Source: Candidatus Poseidoniaceae archaeon
GTDB lineage: Archaea; Thermoplasmatota; Poseidoniia; Poseidoniales; Poseidoniaceae
Direction: 5' to 3'
Length of the DNA: 64,000 nt
Assembly: GCA_964228815.1 (NCBI GenBank)
Contig: CAXRAL010000007.1
Span: 41,891 to 105,890, forward strand
The translations under genes were made by a program, and so were the position numbers. Under the pieces are notes generated by a model, which searched no databases, was not told the origin of the DNA, and worked only from the letters and a program-made list of their open reading frames with translations. This document shows, one piece after another, positions 42,914 to 51,623 of the stretch; the first letter of the stretch is position 1; each line of letters starts with the position of its first letter.

Positions 42914-44125
42914 TCACTCCACCAACCAATCATGCTCTTCGAAGGCTTCAGCAGGCTTAGCCTCAATCGCTGCACTCGCCAACTGATGTTCAGCTTCCTT
43001 TGCAGCCTTGGCCTCCAACTTCGCCTGTCGTCGTGCCTCGCGCTCCTCGGCCAGCCGTGCACGCTCGGCGATGGCTTCCATTCGGTGTTCAGAACCTGTG
43101 GTTTGCCCGTCGAGCTCGACCGCATCTTCGGCCATTAAGGCCTCAACCGCTTCGAGAACATCGGAAAAGGAGGTCAGATCTGGCCAGAGGTCTTCGATCA
43201 TGATGTTGGCAACCGCCTCGCCTTCCTGGGTGATGCTGGCCATTCGACGATGGGTGAGGAACAAACCAGCGATGAATGAGGCGACGAACGCCTCGCTTTC
43301 AGGGTCCTCGAGCGATGCACCGAAGGTGGAGACCAGCAACGGCCTGAGTCTGGCCATGACATCAACCAGCGGCACAACGGGAGAGGAAGCGGCTTCGCAC
43401 GTGGCTTTCAGCGCCGTCCAGCATCGTTCAATGTCACCTTCAAGGTCTTCATTGTGCATCCGCCCTCCGACATCCTGGAGGTATTCACTGAGTTCTCGTT
43501 CATGCTCAAGGCGATTGATTTCACGCTGTTTGAGCGCCTCTGCATCGTCCGCTGCATCCTTGAACGCCGACAGCAATTCGGCCAGCGTCACCGGCCGTCC
43601 TTCATCACGGCGGACTCGCTCGTCGAACAGGTTGGTCAGCAGGTCATCGGCGTCACCGTCGAGAACGGACTGCGTGAAAAAGAACGCTTCGTCGTCGTAT
43701 TCGCTCTCCCAACCAAAGCCGTGGTCGTCGTCCCAGACCTCTTCCTCAACGGGCTGGATTTTCTCAAAGAGAACGGCAGATTGGTGATGCAGCACTTCCC
43801 AAGACAAGCGAATCAGGCGCCCGCAGGCCGGCAAGTCGAGGTTTTCACCCTCCTTGACGCGTTGGGCAAAGACCGTAAGGAAGGCTGAGAGGTCGACATC
43901 CCACGGATTGAAGGCTTCCTCACGCACCAGCGAGAGCACCAGCGCAACCGAACGGTCAAACGGGTCATGCAGGCTTTGATGTTCCGCTTCTTCCGTCGCA
44001 GCAATGGCGGCGATTCGTTGGCCGAACTGCTCAGCATCTTCTCGATCTTCACCTTGACCGAGAAGTTGGTCGATGACCTCTTGTTGGAGGAACCACCGGT
44101 CCAGCATGCTCTGTTCTTCTGCCAC
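42914..44125 (-). CDS. scpA: Kleisin ScpA with extended termini
   Basis: FNPWDVDL, RPVTLAELLSAF and FIAGLFL; located between smc and scpB. Confidence 0.85.
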   Translation of the reverse strand: MAEEQSMLDRWFLQQEVIDQLLGQGEDREDAEQFGQRIAAIAATEEAEHQSLHDPFDRSVALVLSLVREEAFNPWDVDLSAFLTVFAQRVKEGENLDLPACGRLIRLSWEVLHHQSAVLFEKIQPVEEEVWDDDHGFGWESEYDDEAFFFTQSVLDGDADDLLTNLFDERVRRDEGRPVTLAELLSAFKDAADDAEALKQREINRLEHERELSEYLQDVGGRMHNEDLEGDIERCWTALKATCEAASSPVVPLVDVMARLRPLLVSTFGASLEDPESEAFVASFIAGLFLTHRRMASITQEGEAVANIMIEDLWPDLTSFSDVLEAVEALMAEDAVELDGQTTGSEHRMEAIAERARLAEEREARRQAKLEAKAAKEAEHQLASAAIEAKPAEAFEEHDWLVE

Positions 44126-44134
44126 GACTCCACC

Positions 44135-47100
44135 TCACTGTTCGTCCGATTCCACCAAGGGTTCGCCCTCGGCCATTTCCACTGAAGCCTCACGTTGTTC
44201 TGCTTCAGCCACCTGCGTGGCGACTTCTGACCGCTCGTTGATGTCCTCGGTCAACTCGCTCGTACGCTCCATCAGACCACCGAGTGATGCCTCGGTGTTG
44301 GGAGAAGGTGTGGCCTCGTCGTGCATGTGGTTCAACAAGCCGCCAAGACTGCGAGGGACGGCGAGCGGGTCGGGAACTTCAGGCATGTCCTGGGCCGCAG
44401 CCACGGCATCCATGATGCGACTCTCGTTCTTGTCGGCGTCCTTCTGGGCCTCTTTGAGCGCAGCTTCGCCAAGCGCAATGGCCCGCTCACGGTCAAAGTC
44501 GAGGATGCGTCGACTGCATCCGTCTCCGCCGTGGGTGATGCCGATGTGATGATCGGCCAGTTTGAGGGAAACTTTGCGAAGGGTGACCATGATGAATTGG
44601 GCACGCTTGCTGCGCTCCCGGCACATCTTGGCAATCCGCTCTGCGTTGTACGCGTCGAGGTTTTGGTCGACCTCGTCAAAGTAGTAAAACGGACTGGGAT
44701 CGTAATCTTGAATCGCGAAGATGAGTGCCAGTGCAGCCATCGACTGCTCTCCGCCGGAGAGTTGTTGGCGGCTGACCTTGGACGACTTACCGCGAGGTTG
44801 CGCCCAAAGTTCCAAACCGCCCTTGAACGGCTCTTCGGGATTCTCGAGGAACAATTCACCGCGGCCACCATCCGAAAGTTGGTGGTAGGAGACTTTGAAA
44901 TTCTCGTTGACCTTTTCCAACACGGCGATCAAACGCTCTTTACGTTGCGTTTCCAACTGCTCGGTGACCTCGATGAGGTGCTTGCGACGAGCCTGTAGCG
45001 TAGCGAATTCGTCCTTCATCAAATCGAGACGAGCCTGGCATTCATCGTACTGCTCAATCGCCATCATGTTGACGTTGCCAAACCCTTCCATGCGGCGTTG
45101 GAGGTTGCGGAGGTCGCGCTCCAATTCACCAACGTTCTTGAGCCCCTCAGGAAGGTCGTTGAGCGAGAGGTTCGCATCGATGAGTTCCTGGGCCATGAGT
45201 TGAACTTCTGCCTCCTTATCGCTGATGGTTCGCAACAATTCTTCTGCCAAGCGACGGTGGTTCTGTGCTTGATTGAGGCGTTCTTCGTTTCGCACACGGA
45301 GGGTGGCACGCTGGTCCGTGAGTTCTTGACGCTCCTGCTCCAGCCCTTGGTTTTCCTCAAGGTAGACGGCCTGTTCGTCCTTTTTCGCCTTGAGGGCGAT
45401 TCGGTCGGTCGCCAGCGTGGCTTCGAGTTCGTCAATTCGAACGAGGCGTGCTTCTTTGTTCTCATGGAGGGCGTTGAGCCGTCCTTGGGTTTCGTCCACC
45501 CGTCGCTGAAGAAGCGCTTGATGGCTGGTGCCGCTGCTCAACACCTCCTCGGCCTTGTCCTTGGCTCCGTTGGCCTTGACACGTAACAGGTCCACGGCGT
45601 GCATGCGCTCTCGCAGATGTTCAGGACTGGCGGCCTCAACGGCTTCTTTGGCCGCTTCATACGCATCCTTTGAATTCGCAAGAATGCGATCGGCTGCATC
45701 AAGACCGCGAAGGGCTTCTTGGGCACTTTGACGTAATTCGTCCAGTTTTGCCTCGAGGCCGTCGACAACGCCTTGGGCTTTCTTGTGGGCTTGACCGACC
45801 TGCTTTTGCTCGGCCTTGACCTCTCTGACTTCCGTGGCGTAAGAATCGTCAACCATGGCGTTGATCTTGTTTCGGATGCTTTGCTGATTCATGCGAGCCT
45901 CACGCAGGGCTTCGTTGACAGTTTGCTCCATGAGGTGGAATTTCTCAACCTCGGCCGTGTGTTTCTCAACTTCGGACGCACCTTGGATGCGGCCACCGAA
46001 CGCGATGCTCATCTTGCGCTTTGACCCGCCAACCATCGCTCCACCCGATTCGATAACGTCGCCTCGGAGGGTGACAAAGCGGGTGCCGCCCATGTATTGG
46101 CGAGCGACACTGAGGTTCTCCACGATCAGGGTATTCCGAAGTGCAAAGCGAACGGCGACGTCGATGCGGGGATCGTAATCCAGCATCTCATGAGCAAACC
46201 CAAGCACACCGTCTTTGCGGGCGGTCATGACGGTTTTTCCACCCGCCCGGGAACTGCTCAATTTGTTCAGCGGAAGGAAGGTAGCACGACCGGCTCGATT
46301 CTCAGCCAGCCAACGGATGGCATTGGCGGCATCTTGGTCGGTTTCGACAACCACCGAAGCCATGCCAGCTCCGATGGCGGTGGCCAGAGCGACTTCGTGA
46401 GCACTGTCTTTTGGAGCGCACAATTCGGCCACCGTCCCGATGATGCCCTGCAAGGCCTGATTGTCCCGTGCGGCGAGGACGGCGCTCGCACCGCCTGCCA
46501 GGCCCTTCGCGCCGGATTTCTGCTCCATCTCAGCCTTGGCAAGGTTCAGAGCACGTTCTGCTTCCCTCAACCGAACTTCGATTCTCGTGCGGTCTTCGGC
46601 GAGTTGAGCCTCAGCGCGTTGAGCCTCGACCAATTGGCGGGCGAGGGCTTCACGGTCGTATTCCGGGGCATCTTCAGCCAATTCTTGCAGGCGGATGTCA
46701 AGTTCGCCAAGCGCCAATCGAATCTCCTCTGATTCCTGTTGCGCATCTGCGAGCTGCTGGCCCACGAGGTCGGCCTCCACCGCCACTCGGTCGACGTCGG
46801 ATTGGGCTTCAGCGCGTTGGGTTTCATGGTCGACAACAAGCGTTTCAGCAGCACTCAGGGCTTCGCTGAGATGCTGGTTTTGCTCACCGGCCGTGGCCAG
46901 TGCCGCTCGCACCTGCTGCTCTTCAGCTTGTGCCTCCTCGAGCTGTTGCAGCGCTTCGGCGAGGGCCGTGTTGGCGGAGACCAAGCTGGCCTTGAACGCT
47001 GCGAGTTCCTCGTTGGCCTCTTGCAACTGCTCATCAAGGGCAGCAACTTCAACCGCCTCTTCCTCTTCTTCTTTGGCCGCTTCAAGGAGGCGATCGTTGT

Positions 47101-48049
47101 TGAGCTCGATGGCCACTTGGAGGGCTTGGATGGCTTGACCGAGTTCAGATGTCTCGCCGCCCGTCAACTGATTGATCTCCTTTTGGAGCTCGGCAATCTT
47201 GTCGTCAAGTTCCAGCAGTGTTTTTTCCGTGGCTTTGTGCTCGTCGAGCAGATCTTGACTCTGCGTCAGGTATTTTTGTCGCTCTTCTTGGTGAAAGGCC
47301 AACTCGTTCTTAAGCGTCGCATAGCGGGACTGAAGCAGCATGGCGTTCGTGACTTGAATGGCATCCGAGACTTCCTTCGCTTTCTGAGCCACATGGCGTT
47401 CCTTGGCCAGCGTGGACAAGCGTTCAAGTTGTTCTTTTTCCAACAGACCGATGCGGTCGAGATAACTCTCAACCATCTCTTTTTGCTTGTTTGCCTTACG
47501 AATTTCGTCATCGTAGGACGTGACGCCAGCGACGTTATCGAGCACCTTGCGGCGTTCGTTGGCGGTCATTTTCGCCAAACTCGTGACATCGCCTTGCAAC
47601 ACGATGTTGTAGCCGTCGGGCCGGGCATTTGCCGCACCGAGCAAGCGGTGAAACACTTTCTGCGTGCTGTCTTCGCCGTTGAGTTTGTACGTGGTCACCG
47701 GATTGTTGGACGCTGTCAGGCGAATGCTTCTCGACATGCGGATTTCCTCCTTATCGAGAGGCAGGCGACGACGACCGTTACTCATCACGGGATTCGCAAA
47801 GACAAGCGTGACGGAACATTCCCGAGCGGGCTTGGAGTTCTTCCCGCCGTTGAAGATCAAATCCGCAGAGTTCTGGGCACGGATCACTCGGTTCGATTTC
47901 GGCCCGAGGACGAATTGTATCGCATCACCGCAGTTCGATTTCCCCGACCCGTTTGGTCCCGTGATGGCCGTGAAACCACGGTCCAAAGGGACGGTCACTT
48001 CGCCCTTGAACGATTTGAAATTGAGCACTTCAAGTGATTTTAGGTACAT
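44135..48049 (-). CDS. smc: Chromosome segregation protein SMC
   Basis: NFKSF, GPNGSGKSN, LQGDV, coiled coils, hinge GRATFLPL, LSGGEQS and FDEVDQNLD. Confidence 0.97.
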   Translation of the reverse strand: MYLKSLEVLNFKSFKGEVTVPLDRGFTAITGPNGSGKSNCGDAIQFVLGPKSNRVIRAQNSADLIFNGGKNSKPARECSVTLVFANPVMSNGRRRLPLDKEEIRMSRSIRLTASNNPVTTYKLNGEDSTQKVFHRLLGAANARPDGYNIVLQGDVTSLAKMTANERRKVLDNVAGVTSYDDEIRKANKQKEMVESYLDRIGLLEKEQLERLSTLAKERHVAQKAKEVSDAIQVTNAMLLQSRYATLKNELAFHQEERQKYLTQSQDLLDEHKATEKTLLELDDKIAELQKEINQLTGGETSELGQAIQALQVAIELNNDRLLEAAKEEEEEAVEVAALDEQLQEANEELAAFKASLVSANTALAEALQQLEEAQAEEQQVRAALATAGEQNQHLSEALSAAETLVVDHETQRAEAQSDVDRVAVEADLVGQQLADAQQESEEIRLALGELDIRLQELAEDAPEYDREALARQLVEAQRAEAQLAEDRTRIEVRLREAERALNLAKAEMEQKSGAKGLAGGASAVLAARDNQALQGIIGTVAELCAPKDSAHEVALATAIGAGMASVVVETDQDAANAIRWLAENRAGRATFLPLNKLSSSRAGGKTVMTARKDGVLGFAHEMLDYDPRIDVAVRFALRNTLIVENLSVARQYMGGTRFVTLRGDVIESGGAMVGGSKRKMSIAFGGRIQGASEVEKHTAEVEKFHLMEQTVNEALREARMNQQSIRNKINAMVDDSYATEVREVKAEQKQVGQAHKKAQGVVDGLEAKLDELRQSAQEALRGLDAADRILANSKDAYEAAKEAVEAASPEHLRERMHAVDLLRVKANGAKDKAEEVLSSGTSHQALLQRRVDETQGRLNALHENKEARLVRIDELEATLATDRIALKAKKDEQAVYLEENQGLEQERQELTDQRATLRVRNEERLNQAQNHRRLAEELLRTISDKEAEVQLMAQELIDANLSLNDLPEGLKNVGELERDLRNLQRRMEGFGNVNMMAIEQYDECQARLDLMKDEFATLQARRKHLIEVTEQLETQRKERLIAVLEKVNENFKVSYHQLSDGGRGELFLENPEEPFKGGLELWAQPRGKSSKVSRQQLSGGEQSMAALALIFAIQDYDPSPFYYFDEVDQNLDAYNAERIAKMCRERSKRAQFIMVTLRKVSLKLADHHIGITHGGDGCSRRILDFDRERAIALGEAALKEAQKDADKNESRIMDAVAAAQDMPEVPDPLAVPRSLGGLLNHMHDEATPSPNTEASLGGLMERTSELTEDINERSEVATQVAEAEQREASVEMAEGEPLVESDEQ

Positions 48050-48183
48050 CCCTATCCCTCATGCAATGGAACCTTGATTCCATCACTTTCCCCCCACCCA
48101 TGTTTGAGGGGTTTTAAACAATCCGAAAAATCACGGCTCAGTGCCACGGTTTTGAGGGGTTGGAATCGAACGCCGGAAGGGGT

Positions 48184-49026
48184 TCAAAACACACCATGAT
48201 TGTTGCACTTCTTACATCCCGCTCCTTTGCAGTAAGGGCAGGTGGCCATCACCAGCAGGTTGTTGCGTCGTCGACTCATGGCGAGGTCCTTGTCGGAGCG
48301 AAGGAAACGAGACCGCTCAGAGCGTTCAAGGGTTTTCTTGCTGTGCTTCTCTTTGTCAAAGAACGACGAGCGGAACACGCCGGCTTTTTGGCGTCGACGC
48401 TCCAACTTATCCCGAGTCTGTGAGACGGCCTCGGCTTCCCAATATTTTGGTCCACGAATCATCAGCACGCCGATCACAGCGAACATGATCTGCACGACCC
48501 ATCCCGCCACAGGGAAGGGGAACAAGGCTGCCAAGCCGTCGGAACTGGCCGAGGTGGGCAGAAGCGAGAACCTATCCAGCACGGCCAGGGTGCAGAGAAC
48601 GCAACCCATCATGAAACCGACCTTCCGAAGGCGTCGCGCCCAGCCTTTGTTTTGCGGCAATTCAAAGCCGTAAACGAACAAAAACAGACCTTCCATCATC
48701 ATCAGCAGGTCCGCACCCGACCACTGGCCAACTTCGCCCAAGCAATACGAGGTGCCGCTCGAACGCAATTCTTCCTCCACGGCGTCGAACGAGCAACTCG
48801 GTTCAAACATCAACAGTGCATCGAGCTTGTAGCCTTCAGCACCATCGATGACCTGAGGCGCCACGGCCCCGAATTGGACGTTGGCGATGACGAACAACAT
48901 CATCACCGCCCCGAAGACAGTCAGCAATTTGCGCATGGAGAGGCCAAACACCGGGTAATCCTCAACCGTCCCACTCGGCGCCAATTGATAGGGGTTGCGA
49001 GAGGAAACAACAGGCCATGCATCCAT
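48184..49026 (-). CDS. Multi-pass membrane protein with basic tail and C-terminal Cys4 zinc-finger-like motif
   Basis: Four hydrophobic segments and C-terminal CPYCKGAGCKKC. Start placed at ATG 49026. Confidence 0.7.
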   Translation of the reverse strand: MDAWPVVSSRNPYQLAPSGTVEDYPVFGLSMRKLLTVFGAVMMLFVIANVQFGAVAPQVIDGAEGYKLDALLMFEPSCSFDAVEEELRSSGTSYCLGEVGQWSGADLLMMMEGLFLFVYGFELPQNKGWARRLRKVGFMMGCVLCTLAVLDRFSLLPTSASSDGLAALFPFPVAGWVVQIMFAVIGVLMIRGPKYWEAEAVSQTRDKLERRRQKAGVFRSSFFDKEKHSKKTLERSERSRFLRSDKDLAMSRRRNNLLVMATCPYCKGAGCKKCNNHGVF

Positions 49027-49074
49027 CACCGTCAAGAAGGGGGAGAGCGAGCGAAACCTGCGGGAGAGGAGACC

Positions 49075-50709
49075 ATGGCCCACATCGCCATCATCGGCAG
49101 CGGCATTGCTGGCTTGTTTGCCGCCAGCCAACTCGCTGATGCAGGCCACGATGTCACGGTGGTCACCAAGAAACGACCCAAGGATTCTTCCACGAACTGG
49201 GCTCAAGGCGGCGTGGCGGCGATTTTGGACAAAACCAACGTTGAGGGCATGGAATCACACGTCCAAGACACCCTTCGCTCAGGGGACGGCGCCTGTGATG
49301 AAGCTGTTGTTCGCTCGATCATCAGCGAAGCCGGAGACCGCATCATGGACCTCATTCGTATCGGCGTAGAGTTCGAAAAAGAGGATGATGGAGCGTATTC
49401 ATTCATTCGTGAAGGAGGCCATTCCTCAAAGCGCATCCTTCACGCCAAGGACGCCACGGGCAGAGAGATTGAACGTGCGCTCACCGCCTATGCCCGCGAC
49501 CACTCCAAGATCACGCTCAAGCCCAACACCCTCGCTATCGACCTGATCCAGCGCCATCACGGCCGCCCGGAGGAGGGCGTCGCCGGCGTATGGTGCCTTG
49601 ACCAAGACTCACAGGCCGTCATCACCCTCGAAGCCGATGCCATCGTGCTGGCCACAGGTGGCGTCGGCCGTTTGTGGCAACAGACCACCAACCCGGATGT
49701 AGCGACGGGTGACGGGTTGGCGATGGCCTATAGAACGGGTGCTTCCGTGGACAATATGGCGTACATTCAGTTTCATCCAACCGCCCTTGCATCACCTTCA
49801 CCCCGACCGTTTCTCATTTCCGAAGCCGTGCGTGGAGTGGGTGCCGTTTTACTCGACGACGAAGGCTTGGCTGCGTGGACACGCGACTTCAAGGCCGCCT
49901 CTGAGCAAGGAGAAGAGACGCTCTCCCCCGCCCCATATTCGTTCACCCTTGAGCACACCCCGGCTGGCTCACTGGCGACACGGGACATCGTGGCACGAGC
50001 CATTGACCAACAAATGAAGAAGAACGGGACATCCAGCGTTTACCTGGTCACCTCGCATCTTGATCTTCCATGGGAGGAAAAATTCCCCACCATCGCTCGC
50101 CGTCTGGCCGAGGAAGGGCTTCAACTCGGACGCGACCCGATTCCAGTGGTTCCCGCCGCCCACTACATGGTGGGGGGCGTTCGTGTGGATGATATCGGGC
50201 GAGCTTTCCTGCAAGGCACGACTGAACCAATGCCACACCTCTACGCCATCGGCGAGGTCGCCTGCACCGGCATGCACGGAGCCAACCGATTGGCGTCCAA
50301 CAGCCTGCTCGAGGCGGTGGTCTTTGCCCAGCGAGTGGCCCAACACCTCATCGAGTTCCCTCCTCCAACCTACGAAGGGAGCCACCCCGCATGGCGTGCA
50401 GACGGTTTGGGAGCCTTGAGGGAACACGCGCCCATCAACCACGACCGAATCAGTTTGGTTCGCACCATGACCGAAGAAGTGGGCATCGTACGCTCGAACC
50501 AACGGTTGAAGCGAGCACAACGTCGACTTAACCTGCTCCAAAACGAAGTGGACATGATGTGGCGGACCGCCCGTCCAACCCGAGAGATCGTTGAGCTCCG
50601 AAACTTGTGCCTCATCGGGCAACTCGTTGTCGAGGATGCCTTGGGCCAAACCGAAAACAAAGGGCTCCACTACAACGTCGACTTGCTCAGGGATGGCACG
50701 CCTGAATGA
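49075..50709 (+). CDS. nadB: L-aspartate oxidase
   Basis: IIGSGIAG, STNWAQGGVAA, REGGHS, QFHPT, LISEAVRG, AAHYMVGGV, HGANRLASNSLLE and ENKGLHY. Confidence 0.93.
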   Translation: MAHIAIIGSGIAGLFAASQLADAGHDVTVVTKKRPKDSSTNWAQGGVAAILDKTNVEGMESHVQDTLRSGDGACDEAVVRSIISEAGDRIMDLIRIGVEFEKEDDGAYSFIREGGHSSKRILHAKDATGREIERALTAYARDHSKITLKPNTLAIDLIQRHHGRPEEGVAGVWCLDQDSQAVITLEADAIVLATGGVGRLWQQTTNPDVATGDGLAMAYRTGASVDNMAYIQFHPTALASPSPRPFLISEAVRGVGAVLLDDEGLAAWTRDFKAASEQGEETLSPAPYSFTLEHTPAGSLATRDIVARAIDQQMKKNGTSSVYLVTSHLDLPWEEKFPTIARRLAEEGLQLGRDPIPVVPAAHYMVGGVRVDDIGRAFLQGTTEPMPHLYAIGEVACTGMHGANRLASNSLLEAVVFAQRVAQHLIEFPPPTYEGSHPAWRADGLGALREHAPINHDRISLVRTMTEEVGIVRSNQRLKRAQRRLNLLQNEVDMMWRTARPTREIVELRNLCLIGQLVVEDALGQTENKGLHYNVDLLRDGTPE

Positions 50710-51619
50710 GCGACGCCAACATTTGGTTGATGGGAACGGAAAGACCGTGCCCCTCAGCCAGTGCAACCACCGCCTGATTCAAAGCAGAAATCTCCGTTTT
50801 TCTTCCCCTTTTCAGGTCCTGAAGCATGCTGCACGTGTTGTCTGCGGTTTGTTCCAAGACGGCCCGGAGACGGCGCTCAAACGCCGATTCATCTGGAAGG
50901 GAAACACGCTCCATGGCGGCCACTTGGGCAGCCTCGCGATACACCATCATGCACGCATTGAACAATCCGCTCTCAAGCAGTTCACCGTTGTTCAGTCCGG
51001 CCAGGGCTGCGATGGGATTGATGGCGAGGTTCAGCACGACCTTCTCCCAGATCAAGGTGGCAGCATCCTCGTGAATCCAAGGGTTCAGTTCTGCGGCTTC
51101 AAAGATTGAAACGACGGCCTCCAAGCGCTTGGTATCGGGCCCGAGCGGAGGTGCTGCGAAACCGACACCGCCGAAACCGGCCCACACCACACCTTCACCC
51201 TCTGCGTACGCTCCGTGGGTGGTGCTCGCTGCGAGCACAGACGACGGGCCGTGGATTCGCGTCAAGGCCTCCACATGGCCCAAACCGTTGCACAAAGCCA
51301 GGACCACGCCCCCCATCTTGAGGAACGAGGTGGCTGTTTGAGCAAGATGGGGGACGTCGCTTGATTTACATGCAAGAATCACAAGGTCTGAACCCTGAAA
51401 CAAACCGTTGTCAACAGGGAGTTCTTCACACGAAAAAAGGAAGCGAGCGGCAGCCGGGTTGAGAGAGCGGTGGCCTGAAACAGCGACCCCCTGGAGCATT
51501 TGGGCAGCGCCACGTTCTCCGCGGACGTGGAGGTGAAGTTCGACATCGGTTGTTGCTAAAGCAGCCGCCACCACCGAACCAATGGCGCCAACCCCGAGCA
51601 CGGATACACGCATCGACAT
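50687..51619 (-). CDS. panE: 2-dehydropantoate 2-reductase
   Basis: VLGVGAIG, CKS, NGLG, WEKVVLNLAINP and SMLQDLKRGRKTEI. Confidence 0.9.
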   Translation of the reverse strand: MSMRVSVLGVGAIGSVVAAALATTDVELHLHVRGERGAAQMLQGVAVSGHRSLNPAAARFLFSCEELPVDNGLFQGSDLVILACKSSDVPHLAQTATSFLKMGGVVLALCNGLGHVEALTRIHGPSSVLAASTTHGAYAEGEGVVWAGFGGVGFAAPPLGPDTKRLEAVVSIFEAAELNPWIHEDAATLIWEKVVLNLAINPIAALAGLNNGELLESGLFNACMMVYREAAQVAAMERVSLPDESAFERRLRAVLEQTADNTCSMLQDLKRGRKTEISALNQAVVALAEGHGLSVPINQMLASLIQACHP

Positions 51620-51623
51620 CACC

